NCBI GenBank assembly: GCA_002269645.1
Contig: NIVC01001267.1
Location: 124,001 to 188,000, forward strand
Direction of reading: 5' to 3'
Length of the DNA: 64,000 nt
Source of the DNA: Macrostomum lignano
Lineage: Eukaryota
A model generated the notes under the pieces. The model saw nothing but the letters and a program-made list of their open reading frames with translations, had not been told where the DNA came from and searched no databases. The translations under genes were made by a program, and so were the position numbers. Positions 47,324 to 60,717 of the stretch are shown piece after piece (position 1 is the first letter of the stretch; each line of letters opens with the position of its first letter).

Positions 47324-48278
47324 TTCAAGACATTTTCCACATAGGAAAGTAGTCTTCGCATAGTAGCTCGCATATTTCGCAGCCGTCGTGCACCATATCA
47401 GGGAAGAAATAGCAAGCGTTGGAAAACACGTGTAAATGTGTTGTCAGTTCATGATTCCGCATTACAATTCTAATAGAGAACTTTTTCTTGCACTTCTTGC
47501 TCAGTAAACAGCACCTTGCTTCTTGCGCTTACTGCCATCCTTTTTTCTCACTATGTAATACAATGCTCCATCGTGGATACTAAAATGTTTGCTCTTACCC
47601 TGATGCGCCTCTTTAAATTGCTTTTCTCTCTAACGTTCAAGAAGACAGGGATTTGTGCGTAGTCATTGCCCAAAATTTTAGTTTCATGCAGTAACCTCCA
47701 TGCAATTGGTGGCCATTCTTTTGAATCAGAATTTATTACACATGTGACGAAGTTGTAGACCTACTTTTCTTTTGCTAATGTTGATGAGTTTGTGTAGCGG
47801 TCTATCAGGATTTACACGTAGTGAAGAAGTAACTGGGCGAATTACAGGGAGCTGTCGAAAATACTGTCGAAAATCTGCGAACCAAATTTAAAACGTTTTA
47901 GTAGTAATTTGAAGTTGTAGTAAAAGATCTTAAAGATTCAAAGAACTTAATCTACTTAACGTGTCAAACAATACGTGCAGATGTACAATTAAATAGAATA
48001 CTTAAATACCAATAATGACATGTACTTTGTAAAGGCTTCACAACGACGGCTCACAAAACGATCTACAAAAGCTCACACCGTCACACACAGATGGCTTCTC
48101 TTTATAACTACAAAACGGATAAAACCATAAATTTTAATAAAAGGACCAATAAAACGGATGAAAACGAGAAAGCTTGATTCATTTTGCAGTAGCCACGACT
48201 CGTATCAGTGGAGTGAGTCAGTGATAAGTTCTGTCAGAATAAATAAATTATCTAATTGAATGTGCAACCATGCAAAGT

Positions 48279-50037
48279 TCAGTTTTGAAAGACAAGCTTG
48301 GGTCCTGCCCCGACGTTGATCTCCCTCGCCACTTCCGACTCGTCAATAACCGTTCGCTGGGCGGCACCAGGCTGCAAAGCAACTACACCGTCATCTTCAA
48401 CTGATAGCTGAAGCACTGACGCCACGGCTGCACTGGATTGTTGGAATGATCGATCCCGTCTCTTGGCCAGGTACCGGCGTGTTGTTCTCTCAGATAGTTG
48501 TCCAGTGATGGACATGATGTCGGACATGCTGTGCCCGGCAGCCTCAAGGTCGCAGATTCTTGTAAGTAAGAAAGTTGTCCTTCGCGTCCCTTCAACTTGG
48601 CCTTAGACATAAAAAAACGGCAGCGGTCATTGATTAAAATGTCACTTCGTGGTAATGACCTCTGATTAAAGGCCGGTCATCAATTTTAAGTCAAACCAGC
48701 AATTTCGATTTATGAGAACGGCAAACGAGACAAAAGTTTATTTAAAACTATTTACCATTTTGTTTAAAACCAATAACAAAAATGGTCAAATCCTATTAAG
48801 CTTTAATGTTAATTGAATTTGCAATCAGAGAAGGTGCAGTTATGAAACAGAACTTGTTCGCCAGATTTGCTTGATTGATGCCGGTTATTTGCATGTTTGA
48901 CGTCACGCTAGTGGATGGTCCAACAGGCAGATCCAGCTCACTGGCCCCAGAATCACTTGATCTTCCGTAGCCGACCTAGTCGTCTTTATCTTCTTTTTCT
49001 TTAGTTTGCAGTGTCAATGCTGACGTCACAGCGGAGCTGCTCGCTTGCAGAGCGCGGTCCCGACGTTTTTCAAGGTACCGGCGTGCCGTTCGTTTAGAGT
49101 TTTGGCCGGTGACAGAAATGATGTCCGTCCGCCATGCTATGTCCTGCGACCTCCAGATTGCAGATCCTGGTGACCCTAATAGAAGATTATGGCAGGCCAG
49201 AGCGTGTCGAAATGAGGGTAAAACCAGCGATCTTTGCCTGCAGCCGATGTCTATGGCCAAACCAAATGGCATATAATCTTTATATTTATTCCCCTCTTTA
49301 AAAACAAGAAGCGAGTAAACAAGCAGAATCAATTTCCAGAATAACAGATTAAAACGGAATGTGAGCTAATAAATATAGCTCTTATTTACATGTACAGTGA
49401 ACTAGGTAACGCATTATTGTCTCAAACATGCTAAAAGTTCAGTCTGCTCGATCAAACACTCACTTGTTGGGGGTGAAGTTAAGGTACAGTTTTCGAACTT
49501 GCAGTTCCCAAACGAATTGGGTGCTTTGCCAACTGGATTGCTAAAGGCTATATCATGCAGTTCGAAAGAGAATTTGAACCAACATCAGATGCTCTCAATG
49601 TCGGTTGGCATTGCATCTTCAATCAGAAACTTTTTAAACCTTTGAATATGATGTTCCGTCTGCTTTGCGGTAGACTTTCGCTTGCTATCCTCTTCTACCT
49701 GTCGCAGAAGATATTGTTCTTCAGAGGTCAACTCACGCAACAGAGTAATGTCAGCGTTGGTTGGATCACGGAGTTCCTCGTCGTAGAGGCGTTCATGGTT
49801 CTCAGTAAGGCCTGTCCATTGGTCGATTGGGACGGTATCCTCGCTGTTTACAAAACGAACGACAAAATCCAACTCATCGCCAGTCAAACCGCCTATTTCG
49901 TTTTTGCGTAATTCTGTCGTAGCGCAACATGATGCAAAAACGAAAAAAAAAATACTGTAGAGAAAATCGAGAAATAATCGAGAAAAACAGACTACTATAT
50001 ACAAATAGTAGGGGTCCTTCGTAGAAATTTTTACCAT
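48279..50037 (-). pseudogene. Fragments of a second Crypton-type tyrosine recombinase
   Basis: N-terminus RFVN..EEDSKRKSTAKQTEHHIQRFKKFL (49585-50037); two C-terminal pieces DI(M/I)S(I/V)TGQ.S.RT.RRYL (48279-48527, 48976-49150). Confidence 0.7.
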
Positions 50038-50200
50038 AGACAGTGACAGCGGGCGCGAAATTAAGTTAATCTATAGAAGTGAAGGCGTTTTGTCATAGAC
50101 AGTTGCAGCGGGCGCGAAACGTCATTTCGTGACGTTTAGTAGTACAGAACTAAGATGTCTATGGCAACAAGCAACGGCAACGGTGTAACAAAGGTAGCAG

Positions 50201-50654
50201 TATTGCTTTTGTCAGCCTAACTGAGAATAAAGCCATCCAAAGTGAGAATCCTGTCTACGCTGACTGCGAAGGGCCTGGCTGCGTGCAGCCTTAGTCTATG
50301 GGCCATAGACAATAAAGGACAAGCAAAGTGATAAAAAGCCATCCAATGTGAGAATCGATTGGTCTATGCGTCGTATTCTTTTATTTTTATACCTTCTGAG
50401 CTTCTGAGCCATATGACTAGCCAATCCTAGCTTATCCTTTATAGTCTATGGCTCATAGACTAGGCTGGACGCAGCTAGGCCCTTCGTATTCAGCGTAGGC
50501 AGGATTCTCACATTGGATGGCTTTTTATCACTTTGCTTGTCCTTTATTGTCTATGGCCCATAGACTAAGGCTGCACGCAGCCAGGCCCTTCGCAGTCAGC
50601 GTAGGCAGAATTCTCATTTTGGATGGCCTTATTCTCAGGCTGACAAAACCAATA
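50201..50654. mobile_element. Foldback MITE with ~150-bp TIRs
   Basis: TATTGCTTTTGTCAGCC...GTGAGAATC (50201-50357) is mirrored at 50500-50654. Confidence 0.9.
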
Positions 50655-50659
50655 GTTAA

Positions 50660-51070
50660 AGTACAACATTTCCCCCTGATCTCAAGATCACATGTCAGGA
50701 TGGTGCATAGCGCTGGGGTGCCGACCTCCTGCGCTTCGACCTCCAAGGTCCGCACTCCTGCGTTCACACAGGTGTCAATCTGCCGACTCCAGGTGGCTGC
50801 GGCTGGGTGCCAGGCTCGGGGCGGATGTCAGTCACATGGCGCGGTAGTCCGTTGACTTCCACCGATACGCCTCGGGTTGGACCCGTCACCTGGCCGCGTG
50901 GCCACTTGTCCGTGCACCGGGCATTCGCTGGCTTTACGAACACTTCAGTCCCGGGAAGAAACATCGCGTTGGCTTCGGGTGCATCCTTGACTCTCACAGA
51001 TAAGGACTTTCAGTCGTAGTTGGAGATGATCCTGCTGGGAACACTGTCTGCCCTGGTGCCATTCCTGTAG
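50660..51070 (-). pseudogene. Gypsy integrase C-terminal fragment with polypurine tract and LTR start
   Basis: VFVKPANARCTDKWPRGQV...VEVNGLPRHVTDIR; downstream GAGATCAGGGGGAAA|TGTTGTA. Confidence 0.7.
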
Positions 51071-51132
51071 GCCAGATTATACAACTCGAAAAAATAGTGC
51101 CCTGAAAAGCGTGCTTTATCTTCTATACGTAA

Positions 51133-52053
51133 TATAGGATTTTTCGTTTGATTTCATAAAATTGTCATTTGATTTCGTCCATAGAAGTTGGCAGCGCGGC
51201 CATAGAGTCTATGGCAATAAAGTGCGCTGTTTTCCGATTGAATTCATAACTTTGCCACTTCATTTCGACATACCCAGTAGAAAGGCAACAGAAAAGTCGA
51301 TGCGCCTGTCCAGTACAGAAAGAACTGTTAAAAACAGAAAGCTGTATATTTAAGTCACATGAGGAAGTAGGCAGTTGCAACAGTGAAATCAGTTATGTCC
51401 GCCAAAGTTAATGCTCGTTCGCTGCAACAAGCTACAAATTTCACATTATCTGCTACTCATTGATGCACAGGGGCAGAAACCGCATCACATGTCGTTCTCA
51501 GGCAAGGCACTTCGCGGCGGAAATTTCCTCTAGTGCAACGTAGCCGCAGTGGAAAAGCACCATGAGTCTCCACTGCGTTAGGTTGATGCCATCAGGCGGA
51601 TAGCTAAGTTCCTGTTGAAGCTCAGGTGTTGCTAGCTGGCGTTTAAGCGAAGCCTTGAGACAACTGTGTGCCTGCTCCGCGGCGTTAAGAAATTGAGAGT
51701 ACGGTGGCAGAGTTCGCAGTTGAATATGATAGGCCGCGTTTATACGTTTCCAATGGACGCGTATGCAGCCATTTTTAGGCACACAAGGAAGGTGACTGTT
51801 GCCCAAGGAGGACACGTTCATATAGGCTTTTAATTACTATGAGAGGTTTGGCCATAGATATTCACCCACTGATATCCCAGCCCCCTCTGGCAGTGTTTGA
51901 GTCACTCCGCGCGTCAAGTTGAAATGAAGTGGCAAAGTTTGAATTCAATCGGAAAACAGCGCACTTTATTGCCATAGACTCTATGGCCGCGCTGCCAACT
52001 TCTATGGACGAAATCAAATGACAATTTTATGAAATCAAACGAAAAATCCTATA
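51133..52053 (-). mobile_element. IS630/Tc1-like deletion derivative with ~140-bp TIRs
   Basis: TATAGGATTTTTCGTTTGATTTC... is mirrored at 51914-52053; internal LRTLPPYSQFLNAAEQAHSCLK (51498-51821). Confidence 0.88.
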
Positions 52054-52292
52054 ATATGGATAGGCTGCTACGGGCAAAAATGAGTGAATCAGCCTCAGCG
52101 CTTCGCGCCTCGACCGTTTCGCTCATTTCTGCCTTAAGCAGCCCATCCATATTGGTATATTAACAAGGATCGGGTTAGCATGCTTTGTCTAAGATGCAGA
52201 GATTTTTTAGCTCAATAGAATTTATATTAATTGATGCTGCGATTAGAATGCATCTTTGATAGACCAGCCTTCTCGCTCAAGTTATGCATAAA

Positions 52293-52886
52293 TCAAACAA
52301 GATAGTTTACACCGCAATTCTGTTTCGTTGAAAACGCAGGACTGCCGTTCGTAGAGTTTACTAGTGAACGTGGAAATGGATGGTTATCCTTCGTCTCAAC
52401 GGGTAGGAGGTCTAGATACCGCCACACCTTTTTAGTATCGTAAATCCTTGCCTGCTTGTTGTCGGCTTTTGCTTTTGCTTTACGAGCCATGGCATCTTCG
52501 AAAGTTAATGATGATCCGAAGCGATTCGATTGAGACGTTTCGGACTCCCACGTATCTGTTGTCATGTAGCTGCCAGAAGTCATGACGGCTGAGATATCAT
52601 GATGATTACGAAGGTCTCCACCGACAGCTAAGACAGCATCGATGTCAGATTGACGCAGTCGATTCGGATCAAAATCACCAACAAAGTCTTCGCCATAGTC
52701 TACAAGTAAGATCGGCAGACTTACGAGCGTATTCATGGAAGGAAGAGGCGGGAGACAGTAGAACTGCTTTCCATCAGAGTCGGTGTGCAGCTCCAATGCA
52801 TCTCGTCGTGTCAGCTGCTGCAGATCTTCTTGGCCTAATGCCGGCTCGAATGCAGACAAGCGATGCTGGGCAGTAGATTTATCCAT
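52293..52886 (-). CDS. Orphan 197-aa ORF, unknown
   Basis: ATG-initiated, non-repetitive; no motif recognised. Confidence 0.3.
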   Translation of the reverse strand: MDKSTAQHRLSAFEPALGQEDLQQLTRRDALELHTDSDGKQFYCLPPLPSMNTLVSLPILLVDYGEDFVGDFDPNRLRQSDIDAVLAVGGDLRNHHDISAVMTSGSYMTTDTWESETSQSNRFGSSLTFEDAMARKAKAKADNKQARIYDTKKVWRYLDLLPVETKDNHPFPRSLVNSTNGSPAFSTKQNCGVNYLV

Positions 52887-53003
52887 CCCGTTTTTTAGTT
52901 TGGGAAAATTAGGGTTCTATGTCCAAAATTCATATAAATAAACAAACCATAAACTATATACCGTACAAGTGGGGCATCAAAATATTAATGAATGGGATTC
53001 ATA

Positions 53004-53020
53004 TCCAATATACTAAAAAT

Positions 53021-53061
<41 letters not shown>

Positions 53062-54181
53062 ATACGTTTAAAACAAACCGTTTGACCAATTTTCTCTATT
53101 TTTTGACCAACTTGTAGGAAATTTATCAGAGATGGTATGATTAGTTTTTGGTATGTTTTTATCAATGTTAAGTACCTGTAAAAGGTGAAAAACAGGTGTT
53201 TTCCCTATCTAATTAGTGTATTTTTCTTGCAGTGAGAGCTCAATATGTCTATGGCCATAGACTAATCTTCAATTCAAGTTCTTGAACTGATGCTACGAGC
53301 TATAAATAATTAAATATTCAAAAGTATATGCACAAGGGAGAGAAAAATGTTTAGTGGCTGCGTGTGTAATAAATTAAGACCTTGGCTGACTGGCGGACTG
53401 TATAGACAATTGCTATTTATAGATTTCATTCAACAGTGCATTGGCTCTGCCCGCACACTGAGCGGCCTATCGCTGCTATGTATTTGACAGCGGCGCCAAA
53501 GCATATATGGCTGATGTTAAAAATGGTCTGTCTGTGTGTGCCCCGGGTCTTGGGTGCTTGCTGTCTGGGGGATGCTTGCTGTCTGTGTGATGCTTGCTGT
53601 CTGGGGAATGCTTGCTGTCTGGGGGATGCTTGCTGTCTGGGGAATGCTTCCTGTCTGAGTGATGCTTGCTATCTGGGGGATGCTTGCTGTCTGGGGGATG
53701 CTTGCTGTCTGGGGGATGCTTTCTGTCTGGGGGATGCTTGCTGTCTGGGGGATAGCTTGCTGTATGAGGAATGCTTGCTGTCTGGGGGATTGCTTGCTGT
53801 CTGGGGGATTGCTTGCTGTATGAGGAATGCTTGCTGTCTGGGGGATTGCTTGCTGTCTGGGGGATAGCTTGCTGTATGAAGAATGCTTGCTGTCTGGGGG
53901 ATTGCTTGCTGTCTGGGGGATTGCTTGCTGTCTGGGGGATAGCTTGCTGTATGAGGAATGCTTGCTGTCTGGGGGATTGCTTGCTGTCTGGGGGATAGCT
54001 TGCTGTATGAGGAATGCTTGCTGTCTGGGGGATTGCTTGCTGTATGAGGAATGCTTGCTGTCTGGGGGATAGCTTGCTGTATGAGGAATGCTTGCTATCT
54101 GGGGGATCACTTGCTACATTACATCATTATTAAAATTATTACATTCTTTATTTGCTCCCAACGGGTGGCGTAGATTGCTAG
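53004..54181 (+). mobile_element. Non-autonomous Helitron-like element
   Basis: A|TCCAATATACTAAAAATG(GT)n 5' end; 3' hairpin plus CTAG|T; A|T target; no TSD. Confidence 0.78.
53550..54105 (+). repeat. 17-18-bp minisatellite (GCTTGCTGTCTGGGGGAT / GCTTGCTGTATGAGGAAT)
   Basis: About 30 copies inside the Helitron-like element. Confidence 0.96.
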
Positions 54182-54284
54182 TTCTACCTATAGAATTAAA
54201 AGGCTTTGGATCAAGTTTGGAGAGAAAAGCCATAGACTTAACTTACTGCTGATAGTAGAATAGATTAGCAAATTATCTGCCAAT

Positions 54285-54700
54285 GCCCGGTATTCACGAA
54301 GGGCAGGCTCACTCATCTCGGGCCAAACCCGGTTCTCTCTGACGGTTGCAAGTCCGAGAGCATTTGCTCTGTGGGGAATACCGCACTGCAGGCGAGACCG
54401 ACGGGATCCCCCGAACGACATAACTTCCATGGAAGTTATAGTTCCCGCCTCCACGCTGCATCAGCCGGTTGGTGGACCCTGCAGCTACACACGCTCACAT
54501 AGAGTGTACAGCAGTCCGTTGACTTTCTAATCGGCAGGCATGTACACTATCTGTGCCTGGGGGTTTACCCTTTTGGGTCTGGGTGTCACGACAACCCCTC
54601 AGGCTATTTTTCGTGCACAAGTCTCAAATAAACGTGGCCTCGCACGGAATCGAACCAGGGGCGGTTAGTCCATGTTCTAGGACTCCTTGCTCGATGCCAA
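54285..54700 (-). mobile_element. Possible tRNA-headed SINE or structured retroposon 5' region
   Basis: Minus strand GGTTCGATTCC B-box preceded by an AGTCC/GGACT stem; 20-bp perfect palindrome ATAACTTCCATGGAAGTTAT at ~54420. Confidence 0.35.
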
Positions 54701-57700
54701 TTTAAGGAGATCAGATACAGACAGAGCTAAGTCAAGTCAAGACTGCATCGACTTTTAGAATACTGATGGAATTGAGCTCATGAAAATCATTCTTCCATCA
54801 ATTAAAACCATTCTCTTCGAGACTTTGATAACGCGTTCTTGATAATTGGGGATTAGGGAAAATAATCCTCATTCTCGCATGCCTGCAGTATCGCTTTCAT
54901 GCGGAATTGCCAGAGAAAAATCTGACAACAGATTAGCACCAGTAGCCCTCGGAGGATCTCGAGCCAAAGAATGCGGGCTCAATGCTTGCGTGACAGTGAA
55001 TTGAAAGGTACCAGGGTAAACGAAATATGGAATATTAGAGACACTCGATTTTCCCATTGCTAAATTTGATGTAGCCAGTCGTGACAGCACACTTGAAATG
55101 GATGGATGGAGTGGACTGCAGTCGATGTAGATTTATCCAGAGTCACGGGGGGATGCGATGCGAATTAGCGACCTTGGGAATTTAATAATCCTCTTAACTA
55201 CTCGGAAAAGTCAGCAAAGACAAGAGAGACCAGAGCAATGATGGCTTACGCTACTGGCTGTCACAACATCAAGTCGTCACGTCGCTCTTCGATTCGTATT
55301 GTAACCACAAGTCTTATTAGCGTCTGTTGGGTGCTCTTTTGTCGCTTTTAAATAGCGATGACAGTGTGTTGGGCATCGTAAATTAACAATCGTGCAATTA
55401 CCGTTAATGATAAAAGCGTTAAAATCATCTTAACTTTTTAACATGCTTTCGCTAAAATGTCAACGACCGATCGTGAGTAAACGGTAATCCGTTGACGTTA
55501 CAGCATATTAAGAATGCTTAATTAACCTATTTAAGTAATTTCAGACGTCTCTTTAGGAATTAGAACACTGATGCATCTATGTTGACTCAATATATTTATT
55601 TGTTTTACTGATTTCACCAAGGAGTTATAGCATCTGCCATTCAAGCCATTCCTTGTACCCCGTTGGCAGCAGCTTTGTCGCTCTGGGATTTCGCCGCTTA
55701 GATGAAGCCTAGTGACGGAGGTCCTGTTCATCTTTCCGCTAACTCGCTCCTCAATCCCCCTAACGCCATCTTACAAACAGAATAGGCCACCGCATGGGGT
55801 GGATAGGGGGCGGAGCGGGACAATGTAAATTCATCACTGTACATTTGGGGCGGTATGACTGTCTGGTCAGAGGAGTCGGCAAAATGAGCAGTAATGCCTC
55901 TAGCCAGTCTCGTGTGACGATGTACACAGCCTCCTGCCTCTAATACGCGAAGTGTGGATGGAATGGACTGTCAATGTACACTTTTACGATCGTATCAGGC
56001 GATGAAATATCGATTTAGCAAGTCAATGTGCATATTTGACGTATAATATTCCGTTAGTAAAATTTAAACTTTATTCTTTGTTCTTTAGTGCCTTCCATTC
56101 TTTTTAAAGTTGTCAAAAAACAGCAATTGAGAATTGATTGTTTTTTTAATTTCAATTGAAATCGAATTTTTCGATTGGAAAGTATAAATAAATAACTCAA
56201 TATGTCTCGCGTGACTAAGAACTCCAAAGAAATGCACTTTGTCTTCTTCTGTTTATCTCGATCGGTGCTTTTTTATGAGAATGATTCCTTTCAGATTTCT
56301 AGTCTTAACATCGCCATTCAACATTCTAAACAGAAGAGTCAGACATGGACTCGGCTCAAAAAACGGTTCAGTCAAAAATCAAAGGCACAACCGCATGTAG
56401 AGCGTGGAACGGGGATTTTGCAGCACAGCATCGAGAAAATATGATCAAAGGGACTGACTTGGCAAGATGATTGAAATATTGCATACAGTGCGCTCCCAAT
56501 TCCGCAGGCCATCACGCTGAGTAGTGAAAAAATTGGCCTCTTAAAAGTCGAAATTGTGTTAGGAATCAAAGCGAAAAATAGGGTCTGAAGTAAGCCCATT
56601 AAATCCATTACAAAATGGCTGCATGTTGTGAGCAAGGAATTCACTACATGCGATAACTGAAATCGCTGTTGCATTCGAGATACTTAGCTACTATAGTCGA
56701 GGTTCGAGAGCTTTAATCCCGTGTTTAAGCGCGCTTTCATGTCAGTCCACGGTCGAGTGATTGACTCACATCAAAATACACAGTCGGCCGGGCATCCTTA
56801 ATATCCTACTCAAAAAAAGATCATTGCCCATCTTTTTAAGCAGTTTTCTTTCTTATTTCTTTGACAGATCAGCCGACTTAACTAGACTGATGGCCCTTAA
56901 AAGACTTCAACAATATTTATGTAGTTTAGAGATTATTTGGAACCTGAAAAAACCTTAAGTGCATTTGTTGTGTTCTCTACAGTGGTTTTTAGAAAGATTC
57001 AACATCTTCCCACTGAGGAGATTCTGCCCAATTTCGCTGACTCCTGAGCACAAAATCGCACTACCGGCCCTGAATTTCTATAATTGTGGCTGTGAATCAC
57101 ACGACAATCCCCCGGCTAATGAATGTGACCGCGCACGGAATTCCGAATGGAACCAGTGGTCCAGCATGGCGCAAGAGCCAGACACTTAACACCTAGCTGC
57201 TCTTCCTTAAGTTGAGATTAGTACTAAAAACGTCTGCATTTTCTAAAATTGTTCGGAACTTTATTCTGAAATTCTGAAACAAAACAAAACGAGACCAAAG
57301 TTTTAATCGAAGTTTCGTCAAACTTGAAATCTTGAATCGAACGTTTTCAAATTAATTCGAAGCTCTCTCTTGTCTCAATTAGATTGCCCTGGCCTCACAA
57401 CTTATCGACTATTAATAATTGGGGAAATTAGAGACTTACCGGGACATTGTGCTTAGCGAAATCAATAAGCTTAAGCCAATTCTAAGCCCCCATCTCATAT
57501 CCCTTCTCATACCGATTTTCTATTAGCTTAGTTAAATTTGTCTCGCTTGACTTAAAATCCATCTCGCTCTGCATCTGAGATGGTTTTTCTGCCGCAAAAA
57601 GCAACTGGTCTTTTCGGCGGGTCTGCAATGGAGGACGGTTGCCCCCCCCCCGTTAAAATAATCGATTTATTTCATCTCTCTTGCTCGACCCATCGATGCG

Positions 57701-57900
57701 TGCGGGCCGCTGCATCCAGCCGGCTTCACAAACGGGGATTCTTCCATCGGGCAAAAGAAAAGGGTATAAAGACCTGCTTTTTCATTCTCCCCCCCAGGAT
57801 CCAAATCGTATTGAATTCTGCTTCTTCTCGAGCTTCTCGAGCAACCCCCCCCCCCTGACTGACTGCCTTTGGGCGAAAAAGGCCACTGTGACATTACATG

Positions 57901-57937
<37 letters not shown>

Positions 57938-58369
57938 TCGCTCAATACACTGGAGCAGCTGCTGTCAGTAATGGGAGCCATTTTAATAACGACAGAATGC
58001 TCAAAGACATAGGGGGCGCACAGACAGGGAGGATGGCTTGAGATTTGGCTTCTGTGCTTCTTCATCAGTTTCTTCTCCTTCGCTTTCGCGGAAATGCTTC
58101 AGCTGACAGGCTTAGCAGTGATTTCTGATTGAAATTTGAGTCTGGTAATTGGACAGATTATATCACTATTTAATAACAAGTTGCTTGTCCTCAAGGGAAT
58201 AATTATTCAATCTTTTATTTTGCTGTAGTAAAAATATTTTTTAGGCATTAACAACTTTTGAAACCATGGTTTTTTGAAAGATGATTATAATTTTTTTAAT
58301 TGACTGATTAAGCATTTAGTTTGCCTTTATTTATGTCGCAATGCAGTCTCAGTACTCGTGCGAATTGTG

Positions 58370-58975
58370 CATGTAGTCTTTGTGCACCATTGTGGTCTTT
58401 GTACACCATGGTTGGTCTTTGTGCACCATGGTGGTCTTTGTGCACCATTGTGGTTTTTGTACACCATGGTGGTCTTTGTGCACCATTGTGGTTTTTGTAC
58501 ACCATGGTGGTCTTTGTGCACCATTGCGGTCTTTGTGCACCATGGTCTTTGTGCACCATGGTTGGTCTTTGTGCACCATGGTGGTCTTTGTGCACCATGG
58601 TCTTTGTGCACCATGGTCTTTGTGCACCATGGTTGGTCTTTGTGCACCATGGTGGTCTTTGTGCACCATGGTCTTTGTGCACCATGGTTGGTCTTTGTAC
58701 ACCATGATTGGTCTTTGTGCACCATGATTGGTCTTTGTGCACCATGGTGGTCTTTGTGCACCATGGTCTTTGTGCACCATGGTTGGTCTTTGTACACCAT
58801 GGTTGGTCTTTGTGCACCATGGTTGGTCTTTGTGCACCATGGTGGTCTTTGTGCACCATGGTCTTTGTGCACCATGGTTGGTCTTTGTGCACCATGGTGG
58901 TCTTTGTGCACCATGGTGGTCTGTGCACCATTGTGGTCTTTGAGCACCATTGTGGTCTTTGTGCACCATGGTGGT
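58370..58975 (+). repeat. 15-20-bp minisatellite (GGTCTTTGTGCACCAT(GGT))
   Basis: About 33 copies; it produces the spurious HKD/CTK ORFs. Confidence 0.97.
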
Positions 58976-59039
58976 CTTTTACATCATTTATGGTCTTTTT
59001 AAAAATAGCAGTCTGCAAACTTGCACAAAGAGGGGTTGT

Positions 59040-59200
59040 AGCCTAGTAATGCGCCGCGTCAACTTGCTGTTCGGATGAGTCCGTCAGCATTCAGGTCTTG
59101 GCGTTGTACAGCACGATAGTTTCGACCACCGACTGGAACAACGCCGCGATGTAACGGCCAGGTGGGACCTCAATCGGACAGCAGGTCCCGTCAGAACGAA
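59040..59200 (-). pseudogene. RTE-like non-LTR retrotransposon C-terminal fragment
   Basis: LFQSVVETIVLYNAKT*MLT....VDAAH resembles the RTE LF.S.V.S.LLYG.ETW.LT motif. Confidence 0.55.
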
Positions 59201-59949
59201 TTGCAAAGCATTGCAAGAAGTACAAACACATCATAGTGTCAGTGCATCTTATATTCATAAACTGCACTTACAATACTAGTAACAACACTATGTATGCAGT
59301 ATCAAAATCAGACCAGCATTAATAATATTTAATAATAATAAAACTTGCGATCAATTTACAGCCGTCACAGACCCAAACCGCGACTCACGGCTCTCTAATA
59401 TACACCCTCGCTTACCTTAGTCTTAAGCAAGCCTTAATAGCAAGTTCTCACGCAACAGGGAGATTTTATTCGTCCTCAGTAAAGAGTTTTTTCTCTCTTC
59501 TCTTGTTGAAATAAACCCTACAGTACCAGCTATGAGGACGGAATGATTGAGAAGCCCAAAACGCTATTTAGTTATGTCCTCGGCTGTTTGCTAAAACTGC
59601 ATCGCTACTCAATGCCTTCTCCCTTGCTTCCCTTTCTCCTAGCTGTAGTTCCTAGGGTTGCTAGTTGAGAACTCTGTCCTGTGCCTGCCATGTTTGGGAC
59701 TGAGAGTTTTTTTCTGATTTAAACCATAATCGTGTAGCTACTCTTGTCGAATGGTTCACCTGAGTTTAAGTGTATCAGATATATTCGGCTCAAAATCATG
59801 CATTTCGATCACTGACTGACTGTGTGCCAGAGTTTCTTGACAGTTTGGAAGTTCAATGCTAAGGGTTTTGAATCTTTGAGCAGCTGCTGGATTACAGTTT
59901 GTGAATCTTGTAGTTTCTAAATTTTTTGTGAAGCTTCTAGTCTGTGAAT

Positions 59950-60230
59950 TTTTTATTTTGTGGAGCTTGTAGTTTGTGAATCTTGCAATTTGTGAATATT
60001 GTAGTTTGCGATGCTTGTAGTTTTCGAAGCTTGTAGTTTGTGAATCTTGTAGTTTGTGAATCTTGCAATTTGTGAATCTTTCAATTTGTGAATCTTGCAT
60101 TTGTGAATCTTGTAGTTTGTGAATGAATTCTAATTTGTGAATCTAAGAATTTGTGAATCTTGCAGTTTGTGAATCAATTCTAGTTTGTGAATCAATTCTA
60201 ATTTGTGAATCCAAGAGTTTGTGAATATTC
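59950..60230 (+). repeat. ~16-17-bp degenerate repeat (TTTGTGAATCTTGTAG)
   Basis: Direct repeats visible. Confidence 0.88.
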
Positions 60231-60717
60231 AAATGTATGAATCTTGGAGCCGGTAAACATTGGAGTTAATGTTTCGAGCTCTTTCAAAGGGCAACGACAA
60301 AAGGATGCAACAATTTGTCCAACGATATCCGTAGAGTTACACAAGAAGATTAGCCACAAAAAGATACTTGAGAGCCAGGAGATGAATGAAATTCGAAATG
60401 GAGCGTGACCTCGGCTCCGGACTCGAAATTGGAGGCTAATGGCAAAATATGGCAGAAAGGCACTTAAGAAACGGCTGAGATAAAACAGATAAGGAAGCAA
60501 AGAGGGGAAAAGCATAAAAAGCAGCAAATAATGGGGGGCGCAGGATTTCAATTCGATAGATGAATGCCCGAAATTCGAACCAAAATTCTTGTCTCTCTGA
60601 GAACTGAATCCTTGCTCAATTAGGGAATAGGAGAGTGTATAAGTGTGCTCTCAGAAATGGAAACTGGAAATGCACTGGGGCGAAAGCTAGAGATGGAGTT
60701 GATTGACTAATTTAATG

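Noticed and set aside
54290-54400. Faint resemblance to U1 snRNA (ATTCACGAAGG, TGTGGGGAA..ACTGCA)
   Set aside because: No ATACTTACCTG 5' end or Sm site; the spacing is inconsistent.
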